Shown here: piece by piece, positions 39,345 to 47,788 of the stretch
Numbering within the stretch: position 1 is the first letter of the stretch
Layout of the letters: the number at the start of each line of letters is the position of its first letter
Source of the DNA: an uncultured Gemmatimonadaceae bacterium
Lineage (GTDB): Bacteria; Gemmatimonadota; Gemmatimonadetes; Gemmatimonadales; Gemmatimonadaceae
DNA length: 64,000 nt
Assembly: GCA_963761305.1 (NCBI GenBank)
Contig: CAVXGK010000002.1
Location: forward strand, 1-64,000
Direction: 5' to 3'
Program-made: the position numbers and the translations under genes
The notes under the pieces: model-generated
Told to the model about the DNA's origin: nothing
Seen by the model: the letters and a program-made list of their open reading frames with translations, nothing else
The model's database searches: none

Positions 39345-40774
39345 TGGGCGACACGCCTGCGGAAATCGTCGAGCGGCTCGTCGCGCACCGCACACTGGGG
39401 GGCGCGCCGCGCGCGGAGCTCGAGTGGCTGGCCACGCACGGCACCATGCGGCGCTACGGAACGGGGGACATCCTCGTCCCGCCCGGTGCGACGTCCACCG
39501 AGATGGTGATCATCTTCGTGGGCGACGGGTCGATCAGCGTCGAACGAGCGGGGGAAAAAAAGAAGTTCCTCGAGTGGCACGCCGGCGACGTCACCGGCCT
39601 GCTTCCATATTCTCGAATGAAGCGGCCGCCGGGGCTGACGACGACGGAGTCGTCAATCGAGGGGCTCGTCATTCACCGGGATCTGTTCCCCGAGCTGACG
39701 CGCGAATGTCCGTGGGTCACGGAGACGCTCGTGCACATCATGCTCGATCGCGCGCGGCAGTTTTCGGCCAACGACTGGCAGATCGACAAGCTCGCGTCGC
39801 TGGGACGCCTCTCGGCGGGACTGGCGCACGAGCTCAACAACCCGGCGTCGGCGATCGCGCGCAGCGCGCGAACGCTGGTCGAGAACCTGGCGCAGTCGCA
39901 AGCGGCGGCGCGAGAACTGGGGGCGGCCAACCTCCGCGATCGCGACATCGCGCTGATCGACGCCATGCGCGACGGCCAGGCGTTTCCGCGAGCGACCGGC
40001 ATCTTCTCGGCGATCGAGCGCGCCGATCACGAAGAGGAAGTGGTCGAATGGCTCGAAGCCAAGGGCGCCGATCCGGCGACGGCGCAGAGCCTGAGCGAGA
40101 ATGGCGTTCCCGTGGCGGCGCTCGACGATCTGGCGAGCGCGATCCCGGAAGAGTCGCTGGATGCCGCGCTCCGGTCGGTGGCGTCGGGCATCACGACGCG
40201 CTTGCTCGCCGAGGACATCGAGCGCGCCGCGACGCGGATTCACGAGCTGGTCGGCGCGATCAAGCGCTTCACCTACATGGATCGCGCGACGGTGCGAGAA
40301 CCGGCCAACATCGCGCAGGGGATCTCGGACACGATCGCCGTGCTGGCGTCGAAGGCGAAGTCAAAATCGGCCTCGATCAAGCTCGACATCCCCGCCGATC
40401 TGCCGAAGGTCGGCGCGTACGGAGGCGAGTTGAATCAGGTATGGTCGAACCTGATCGAGAACGCGCTCGATGCGCTGGGGCAGGGCGGCGAGGTGTCGGT
40501 CACGGCGCGGGCGGAGGGGGACACGGTCATGGTGCGGATCGTCGACAATGGGTCGGGGATTCCGGCGGATGTCCTGCCTAGCATCTTCGATCCGTTCTTT
40601 ACTACGAAGCCGATGGGGCAGGGGACGGGGCTGGGGCTGGACATCAGTCGGCGGATCGTGTTATCGCATGAAGGGACGATTGAGGTCGAGTCTAAGGCGG
40701 GGAGGACGGAGTTTAGGATTTCATTACCAACGGCGAAGATAACAAAGGGCGAAGATGACAAAGGGCGAGGATAA
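39344..40774 (+). CDS. Cyclic-nucleotide-binding-domain histidine kinase
   Basis: N-terminal cNMP-like fold; 'AGLAHELNNP', 'LNQVWSNLIENALDA', 'DNGSGI', 'FDPFFTTK', 'GTGLGL'; C-terminus derives from array D. Confidence 0.93.
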   Translation: MGDTPAEIVERLVAHRTLGGAPRAELEWLATHGTMRRYGTGDILVPPGATSTEMVIIFVGDGSISVERAGEKKKFLEWHAGDVTGLLPYSRMKRPPGLTTTESSIEGLVIHRDLFPELTRECPWVTETLVHIMLDRARQFSANDWQIDKLASLGRLSAGLAHELNNPASAIARSARTLVENLAQSQAAARELGAANLRDRDIALIDAMRDGQAFPRATGIFSAIERADHEEEVVEWLEAKGADPATAQSLSENGVPVAALDDLASAIPEESLDAALRSVASGITTRLLAEDIERAATRIHELVGAIKRFTYMDRATVREPANIAQGISDTIAVLASKAKSKSASIKLDIPADLPKVGAYGGELNQVWSNLIENALDALGQGGEVSVTARAEGDTVMVRIVDNGSGIPADVLPSIFDPFFTTKPMGQGTGLGLDISRRIVLSHEGTIEVESKAGRTEFRISLPTAKITKGEDDKGRG

Positions 40775-40937
40775 CAAAGGGCGAAGATAACAAAGGGCGA
40801 AGATAACAAAGAGCGAGGATAACAAAGGGCGAAGATAACAAAGGGCGAGGATAACAAAGAGCGAGGATAACAGAGGGCGAAACTGCCAAAGGGCGAAGCT
40901 AACAAAGAGCGAAGGTGACGAACGGCGAGAACGGCGT
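40727..40937 (+). repeat. 16-bp tandem array D
   Basis: 12 units 40739..40930, mostly ATAACAAAG(G/A)GCGA(A/G)G, ending CTAACAAAGAGCGAAG-GTGACGAACGGCGAGA-ACGGCG. Confidence 0.95.
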
Positions 40938-40960
40938 AAGGCGCCCCGTCGCCTCTGGAT

Positions 40961-40996
40961 TCGCAGTCCTCGCAGTCCTCGCAGTCCTCGCAGTCT
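40961..40996. repeat. (TCGCAGTCC)x4 nonamer between arrays D and E
   Basis: Three exact copies plus TCGCAGTCT. Confidence 0.9.
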
Positions 40997-40997
40997 T

Positions 40998-41075
40998 GGC
41001 TGTTCTCGGAGTTTGTCACCTTCGCTGTTCGTTAGTTTCGGAGTTTGTCACTTTCGGGGTTTGTTACCTTCGCTT
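40998..41075 (-). repeat. 16-bp tandem array E, inverted partner of D
   Basis: Reverse complement: GTAACAAACCCCGAAA GTGACAAACTCCGAAA CTAACGAACAGCGAAG GTGACAAACTCCGAGA ACAGCC. Confidence 0.85.
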
Positions 41076-41087
41076 TTAGTCAGGGCT

Positions 41088-42617
41088 ATGTCGACAATGT
41101 CTCGTCAGTCCCCCGCAGACCTGTCTCCCGATGAGTTCCGGGCCGCCGGCAAGGCGTTGGTCGACCGGCTCGCCGATTTTCTGGCCACGATTCGAGATCA
41201 GCCCGTCGCGCCGAATACGACTCCTGCGTCGGTGCGCGATCGAATCGCCGGGCTCGATCCGGTTCCGCTGAAGGGCTCCCCCGCTGGCGAGGTTCTCGCG
41301 CATGCGTCGGACGTGATGCTGTCCGGGTCGACGCTGAACGGGCATCCGCGGTTCTTTGGGTACATCACGTCTTCGGCGTCGCCGATCGGGGCGCTGGCCG
41401 ATCTGCTGGCGGCGGCCGTGAATCCGAATTGTGGCGCGTGGGCGCTGTCTCCGATCGCCACCGAGATCGAGAAGCAAACGATTCGCTGGGTCGCGGAGCT
41501 GATCGGTTATCCGACGGACTGCGGTGGCATTCTGGTGAGCGGCGGCAACGTGGCGAATCTCGCGTGCTTCGTGGCCGCCACGCGTGCGCAGTCGTCGTCC
41601 GATCTGCGCGCGCACGGCGTGTCGGGCTCGGAACGGCTGCTCGTGTACGCGTCGGCCGAGGTGCACACGTGGCTGGAGAAGGCCCTCGACATCTGCGGGC
41701 TGGGTCTCGACTCGCTGCGCTCGATTCCGGTCGACCACACGCGCGCGATGAACACCGAGGCGTTGCGCGAGCAGATCGAGCGCGATCGTCGCGACGGGCT
41801 GCGGCCGGCGATCGTCGTCGGCACGGCGGGGTCGGTAAGCACGGGCGCGATCGATCCGCTGCGCGAGATCGCCGCGATCGCCAAAGAGAACGATCTATGG
41901 TTCCACGTCGACGGCGCGTACGGCGCGCCGGCGGCGATTCTTCGCGATGCGCCGATCGAGTTGCGCGCCATGGCGCTGGCCGATTCGCTGGCCGTGGATC
42001 CGCACAAATGGCTGTACGCTCCGCTCGAGGCGGGGTGTGCGCTCGTGAGACGCCCCGCGGCGCTGCACGACGCGTTCGCTTTCCATCCCCCGTACTACAC
42101 GTTCGAGGGCGACGTCCAGGATCCTCCGACCAACTTCCATGAGTGGGGACCGCAGAACTCGCGCGGGTTCCGGGCGCTCAAGGTCTGGACGACCATCCAG
42201 CAGGTGGGGCGGGAAGGGTATGAGCGGATGATCGGCGACGACATCACGCTGTCGATGCTCATGCACCGGCTGGCCGACGAGCACGAGGAGCTCGAGCCGC
42301 TCACGCAATCGCTCAGTATCAGCACGTTTCGTTACGTCCCGGCGGATCTGGCCGGCCGGTCCGACGCCGCCGAGTACCTCAATGAACTGAACAGCACGCT
42401 GCTGGCGCGGATTCAGGCGGATGGGACGGCCTATCTGTCCAACGCGGTCATCGAGGGGGTCTTTGCGTTGCGTGCGTGCATCGTGAACTTTCGGACGACA
42501 GAAGAGGACGTGCGGCGGACGCTCGCGACGGTGGTGACACTCGGCCGCGCGGCGGACGACGCGTTGCGTCCGGCTGGCCTGCGGGCTCCCATCCGCTCGG
42601 CCGGCGTCGCCCGATAG
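41088..42617 (+). CDS. Group II PLP-dependent (aromatic L-amino-acid-type) decarboxylase
   Basis: 'HPRFFGYI', 'SGGNVAN', 'TAGSVSTGAIDPL', 'FHVDGAYG', 'DPHKWLY' (PLP lysine), 'SRGFRALKVW'. Confidence 0.93.
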   Translation: MSTMSRQSPADLSPDEFRAAGKALVDRLADFLATIRDQPVAPNTTPASVRDRIAGLDPVPLKGSPAGEVLAHASDVMLSGSTLNGHPRFFGYITSSASPIGALADLLAAAVNPNCGAWALSPIATEIEKQTIRWVAELIGYPTDCGGILVSGGNVANLACFVAATRAQSSSDLRAHGVSGSERLLVYASAEVHTWLEKALDICGLGLDSLRSIPVDHTRAMNTEALREQIERDRRDGLRPAIVVGTAGSVSTGAIDPLREIAAIAKENDLWFHVDGAYGAPAAILRDAPIELRAMALADSLAVDPHKWLYAPLEAGCALVRRPAALHDAFAFHPPYYTFEGDVQDPPTNFHEWGPQNSRGFRALKVWTTIQQVGREGYERMIGDDITLSMLMHRLADEHEELEPLTQSLSISTFRYVPADLAGRSDAAEYLNELNSTLLARIQADGTAYLSNAVIEGVFALRACIVNFRTTEEDVRRTLATVVTLGRAADDALRPAGLRAPIRSAGVAR

Positions 42618-42622
42618 CGGGC

Positions 42623-42650
42623 GCGCTCCAATCCGAACACATTGGAGCGC
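42623..42650 (+). terminator. Perfect 10-bp inverted repeat just after the decarboxylase stop (terminator-like or operator)
   Basis: GCGCTCCAAT-N8-ATTGGAGCGC, followed by TT only. Confidence 0.45.
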
Positions 42651-42792
42651 TTGCACGTAATACATTCGTGAGTCGGCAGTAAGGCGCTTCGCGGCTTCGC
42701 TGTCGACCACCACGAATATCACGAATCGCAGGCTCGAGCGGCCCCCACCCGCCGGCTCGGCATAACCGTTTGTTTTGCCTCTAAACGCTCTA

Positions 42793-44386
42793 ATGATCGG
42801 ACCGCGCCCATTCGGCCGCCGCGCACCGTCGTGGTACATCATCCTCGCGCTCGCCGGGATTTCGGCGACCGCTTGTAGCAAGAAGCAGGGACCGCAGCAG
42901 CGACCAGTCGCCATGGTCGGCGTGATTCCAGCGCGCCGCGCGACTGTTCCATACATCATCGAATCGAACGGCATCGTCACGCCGCTCCAGACGGTGACGG
43001 TGCTGACTCAGGTCGACGGCATCATCCAGTCGGTGGACTTCCGGGAAGGCCAGGAAGTTCGCGTCGGACAGCCGCTCTTCCATATCGATCCGCGGCAATA
43101 CCAGAACGCATACGACCAGGCGCTCGCCATGCTCGCGCGCGACAGCGCGACGTGGGAGAACGCCAAGGCCAACTCGGATCGCTACAAGCAACTGCTCGAC
43201 GCGCGCGTCATCACGTTCCTCGAGACCGAGGCGCAGGTGACCGGCGAAGCGAGCGCGCGCGCCACGTTGCAGGGCGACCACGCGAACATCGCGCAGGCGA
43301 AGCTCAATCTCGACAACACGATCATTCGCGCGCCGATCGCCGGCCGAACGGGCAACCTGCTGGTGAAGCTGGGGAACCTTGTGCGATCGGGCGGCACGAC
43401 GCCGCTCGTGGTGATCAACCAGGTGCGGCCGATCCTCGTGCGATTCGCGATTCCGTCGGCGCAGCTGCCGCTGGTCGTGCAGTACGGCGCGAACGGTGGT
43501 CTGCCCGTCGAGGCGCTGCCGGGCGGTGTGGCACCGCCGACACCTTCGATCGACTCGCTCGCTGCCGCCTCCATGAACCCGGTGGGCGATCCGCCAGGCC
43601 AAGACGGGGGGGGCGGCTCAGCCAGCGCGGGCGGCAGCGGCGGCAGCGGCGGGGGACGCCATAGAGGTGGCGGCGCGGGCGGGGGTGCCTCGGGCGGCCC
43701 GCCGGGTAGCGCGGGCGGTCCTCCGAGCGCGGGAACGGATGGAGCGGGTCCCGGCGCAGTGCCGCAGGGGCATGGGTCCGGGTCGCCGATGCAAGGCGGA
43801 GCCGGAGCCGGGGGCGGGGGCGGGGCCTACTCCGGATCGCAGGGCGTTGGTGCGCTCTCGGCGGCCGGACCAACCACGCCCGTTGGCGAGCGCATGACCG
43901 GCAAACTCTCGTTCATCGACAACGCGATCGATACGTCGACGCAGACCGTGCAGCTCAAGGCGACGTTCGACAACGCAAACGGGCATCTCTGGGCGGGACA
44001 GTTCACGGCGACGTCGCTGCATCTGTTCGACGAAGACAACGCGCTCGTCGTGCCGTCGCAAGCGGTGGTGAGCGGCCAGCGCGGCATGTACGTCTACGTC
44101 GTCGATCAGAGCGACACGGCGCGCCAGCGCGGCGGTGATCGTCGAGCGCACCCAGGACGGCCTCTCGATCATCTCGAATGGAATTCACGAAGGCGATCGC
44201 GTGGTGACCGACGGCCAAATGCGACTCACGCCGGACGCGCCGGTTCGCGTACGCGGACCGAACGACGTTGCCGGCGGCGCGACTGGCAGCCGTCGCGGGC
44301 GTGGCGGCAGAGGTGGTGGTCGCCGCGGCGGTGGCGGCGCATCCGGCGGAGCCGCCGACAGCACGGCAGCGAAACGCGGCGGGTGA
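42793..44386 (+). CDS. RND efflux periplasmic adaptor (MdtA-like) lipoprotein with Gly-rich insertion; frameshift near 44128
   Basis: 'ISATAC' lipobox; 'QVDGIIQSVDFREGQEV..GQPLFHIDPR', 'IRAPIAGRTG', 'GKLSFIDNAID..TQTVQLKATFDN', 'GDRVVTDGQ' in 44135..44386. Confidence 0.9.
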
Positions 44387-44390
44387 ACGC

Positions 44391-47300
44391 GTGAGCCTCA
44401 CGAGCTTATTCGTGCGGCGGCCGGTCATGACGACGTTGCTCATGATCGGCATCCTGGTGTTCGGCCTCGTGTCGTACCGCAAGTTGCCGGTGAGCGATCT
44501 GCCCACCGTCGACTACCCGACGCTCAACGTCAACGCGAACCTGCCGGGCGCGAGCCCCGAGACGATGGCGGCCACGGTCGCCACGCCGCTCGAAAAGGCC
44601 TTCTCGGCCATCGCCGGCATCGACGAGATCACGTCGAGCTCGAGCCTCGGCGGCACGAACATCACGCTCCAGTTCTCGCTCGACCGCGACGTCGAAGCGG
44701 CGGCGCAGGACGTGAACGCGGCGATCGGCAAGACGCTGCCGTTTCTGCCGTCGACGATTCTCCCGCCGAACTACCACAAGCAAAACCCGGCCGCCGCGCC
44801 GATCCTGAACATCGCGCTCACGTCGAACGTGATGCCGATGACGCAGGTCGACGAGTACGCCGAGACGACGATCGCGCAGCGGTTGTCGATGGTGGAAGGC
44901 GTGGCGCAGGTGGGCGTGTACGGGTCGGCGAAGTACGCGGTGCGCGTGCAGCTCGACCCCGGTGAGCTGGCCACGAAGAACATCGGCGTGTCGCAAGTCG
45001 CGACGGCGATCCGCAACAACAACGTCATGCTGCCGACGGGCGTGCTCTACGGCAAGGAGAACACGCTCACCATCATGGCGACGGGGCAGCTGAACAACGC
45101 GGCCGATTTCCGGCAGCTCATCATCGCCTACAAGAACGGCGCGGCGGTGCGGCTCGGCGACGTCGCCAACGTGCTCGACGACATCCAGAACAACAAGAAC
45201 GTGAGTTGGTTCGACAACGAGCGGTCCGTGAACCTGATGGTCATGCGGCAGCCCGGAACCAACACGGTGGAGGTCGCGCAGCGGGTGAAGGACGCGCTGG
45301 CCGAGATCGAGCGGGGACTCCCCGCGACGCTCAAGGTCCGCACGCAGTACGACCGGTCGATCTCGATCAACAACGCCGTCGCCGACGTGAAGTTCTCGCT
45401 GGTGATCGCGCTGGTGCTCGTGGTGCTGGTGATCTTCTTCTTCCTGCGCAGCGTCGTGGCCACGATCATCCCGAGCCTCACGTTGCCGATGTCGATCATC
45501 GGCACGTTCTCGGTGATGCAGATGCTCGACTTCAGCGTCGACAACCTGTCGCTGATGGCGCTCACGCTCGCCGTGGGCTTCGTGGTGGACGACGCGATCG
45601 TGATGCTCGAGAACATCGTGCGGCACCTGGAGATGGGGAAAACGCCGATGCAAGCCGCGCTCGACGGCGCGGCCGAGGTGGGCTTCACGATTCTGTCGAT
45701 GACGCTGTCGCTGGCCGCGGTGTTCATCCCGCTGATGTTCATGGGCGGCATCATCGGCCGCCTGTTCCGCGAGTTCGCGATCACGATCAGCGTGGCGATC
45801 CTTGTATCGGGGCTCGTGTCGCTGACACTGACGCCGATGCTCTGCAGCCGGCTGCTCCAGTCGGATCACGGCGAGGTGAAGCACGGCAGTTGGTTCGGGT
45901 GGACGGAGAACCTCTTCAACGCGTCGCTGCGCGGCTACGAACGCAGCCTCGAGTGGGTGATGCGCCACCGTCCGGTGACGCTCGTGTTCTCGGCGATCAT
46001 TCTCGCCGCGACGGGGCTGCTCTGGACGGTCATTCCGAAGGGCCTCTTCCCGCCGGACGACACGGGCTCCATCAGCGCGACGGCGGAAGCGGCGCAGGGC
46101 ACGTCGTTCATCGAGATGCTGCGCTACACCCAGCTCGCGTCGGCGCGGCTGGCCAAGGACACGAACGTCGCGTCGTACACGGCGAACATCGGGAGCTTCG
46201 GCGGCTCGTCGAACCAGGCGCAGTTCAACATCACGCTCAAGCCGGCGGGCCAACGCCCGTCGGCCGACGACATGGTGCACGAGCTGACGCGCCAGATGGC
46301 GGGCATCCCGGGACTTCAGATCTTCGTCACGAACCCACCGGCGATCCGCATCGGCGGACGCGGGTCGAAGTCGTCGTATCAGTACACGCTGCGCGGTCCG
46401 GATATCACCACGCTTTACGACGAAGCCAACAAGCTGATGACGCGGCTGCAGGACGACCCGCTGCTCAACAGCGTGACGTCGGACCTGCTCAACCGCAGCC
46501 CGATCCTGCGCGTGCACATCGACCGCGAGCGCGCGCTGACACTCGGGGTGTCGCCGAGCGCGATCGAGAACGCGCTGGCGAACGCGTATAATCAGCAACA
46601 AGTGTCGACGATCTTCACGCCGACGAACGAGTACTGGGTGGTGATGGAGACCGTGCCGAGCGCCCAGCTCGACGCGTCGGCGCTGGAGCACTTCTTCGTG
46701 CCGGGGACGAACGGCGCGCAGGTTCCGCTCACCGACGTCGCGTACTTCGAGACGACGACGGGTCCGTTGAGCGTCGCGCACTCCGGGCAGATGGCGTCGG
46801 TGACGATCTCGTTCAATCTCGCGCCGGGCGTGGCGCTGGGCGCGGCAACGGACGAGGTGAATCGCATCGCGCGCCAGTCGCTGCCGGCGACGATCACGGG
46901 CGGCTTCGCGGGCACCGCGCAGGCGTTCCAGGATTCGCAGCGCGGCATGGGGCTGCTGCTGCTGATCACGGTGTTCATCATCTACATCATTCTCGGGATT
47001 CTGTACGAGAGCTTCATCCACCCGGTCACGATTCTCACCGGGTTGCCGTTCGCGGCGTTCGGCGCGCTGTTCGCGCTGTATCTGGCGCACGTCGAGCTCG
47101 GCGTGTACGGCTACGTGGGCATCATCATGCTGATCGGGATCGTGAAGAAGAACGCGATCATGATGATCGACTTCGCGATCGAGCGGGAACGGAACGAACA
47201 CGTGTCGCCGGCCAAGGCGATCGTCGAGGCGGCCAGCGTGCGATTCCGGCCGATCATGATGACGACGGTGTCGGCGATCGCCGGCACGCTGCCGATCGCG

Positions 47301-47504
47301 ATCGGCGTCGGCGCCAGCGCCGCGTCACGCCGCCCGTTGGGCGTGGCGGTCGTGGGCGGGTTGGCATTCTCGCAGGTGGTCACGTTGTACGTGACGCCCG
47401 TTTTCTATACGTACTTCGATGAGTTGCAGGCCTGGTTGGGTCGGAGAGCGCGACAAGCCGTCGGCGACGTCGCGCCCGAACCGCTCCCGGCGGCGGGCGA
47501 CTAA
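44391..47504 (+). CDS. RND efflux permease (MdtB/MdtC-like) 1
   Basis: 'FVRRPVMTTL', 'LPVSDLPTVDYP', 'GFVVDDAIVMLENI', 'GIVKKNAIMM', 'RFRPIMMTT'. Confidence 0.95.
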   Translation: MSLTSLFVRRPVMTTLLMIGILVFGLVSYRKLPVSDLPTVDYPTLNVNANLPGASPETMAATVATPLEKAFSAIAGIDEITSSSSLGGTNITLQFSLDRDVEAAAQDVNAAIGKTLPFLPSTILPPNYHKQNPAAAPILNIALTSNVMPMTQVDEYAETTIAQRLSMVEGVAQVGVYGSAKYAVRVQLDPGELATKNIGVSQVATAIRNNNVMLPTGVLYGKENTLTIMATGQLNNAADFRQLIIAYKNGAAVRLGDVANVLDDIQNNKNVSWFDNERSVNLMVMRQPGTNTVEVAQRVKDALAEIERGLPATLKVRTQYDRSISINNAVADVKFSLVIALVLVVLVIFFFLRSVVATIIPSLTLPMSIIGTFSVMQMLDFSVDNLSLMALTLAVGFVVDDAIVMLENIVRHLEMGKTPMQAALDGAAEVGFTILSMTLSLAAVFIPLMFMGGIIGRLFREFAITISVAILVSGLVSLTLTPMLCSRLLQSDHGEVKHGSWFGWTENLFNASLRGYERSLEWVMRHRPVTLVFSAIILAATGLLWTVIPKGLFPPDDTGSISATAEAAQGTSFIEMLRYTQLASARLAKDTNVASYTANIGSFGGSSNQAQFNITLKPAGQRPSADDMVHELTRQMAGIPGLQIFVTNPPAIRIGGRGSKSSYQYTLRGPDITTLYDEANKLMTRLQDDPLLNSVTSDLLNRSPILRVHIDRERALTLGVSPSAIENALANAYNQQQVSTIFTPTNEYWVVMETVPSAQLDASALEHFFVPGTNGAQVPLTDVAYFETTTGPLSVAHSGQMASVTISFNLAPGVALGAATDEVNRIARQSLPATITGGFAGTAQAFQDSQRGMGLLLLITVFIIYIILGILYESFIHPVTILTGLPFAAFGALFALYLAHVELGVYGYVGIIMLIGIVKKNAIMMIDFAIERERNEHVSPAKAIVEAASVRFRPIMMTTVSAIAGTLPIAIGVGASAASRRPLGVAVVGGLAFSQVVTLYVTPVFYTYFDELQAWLGRRARQAVGDVAPEPLPAAGD

Positions 47505-47507
47505 AAG

Positions 47508-47760
47508 CAACGGAACGGTTTTTTTGGGACAGCCGCTCGGGAAGCTTCCGGGTTGAGGGGTGAATCGTTTCGACCGGTGGCATCCCGAGCGTCAGTTCCA
47601 AAAAGCATTCCTCCCGGCTCGTTGCGAACGGAGCGAACCCGATCGAGGGACCATCCGCGTCATCTGCGTCAATCTGCGTTCATCCGCGTTGAGTAGTTGC
47701 AGTTGGCAGTTGCAGTTGCAATTGGCCGTTGGCAGTTGCAGTTGGCAATTGGAGTTGTAG
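47508..47760. repeat. Structured intergenic insert: long hairpin, ATCYGCGTY nonamers, CAGTTG(G) repeats
   Basis: TTTTTGGGAC..CGCTCGGGA pairs with TCCCGAGCG..GTTCCAAAAA (47521..47604); ATCCGCGTC ATCTGCGTCA ATCTGCGTTC ATCCGCGTT (47653..47690); AGTTGC/AGTTGGC run 47695..47757. Confidence 0.8.
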
Positions 47761-47788
47761 TGAATGACTTACCCTATCGAGTAGTTCG

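Noticed and set aside
40435..41019. Repeat-encoded ORF with 'CEDCEDCEDCES' and 'FALCYPRSLLSSP' repeats
   Set aside because: Simply the translation of the 9-mer and 16-mer arrays, antisense to the kinase; no evidence it is a gene.
36009..41075. 16-bp arrays as a CRISPR array
   Set aside because: Units are head-to-tail with no unique spacers, are too short, and no cas genes are present.
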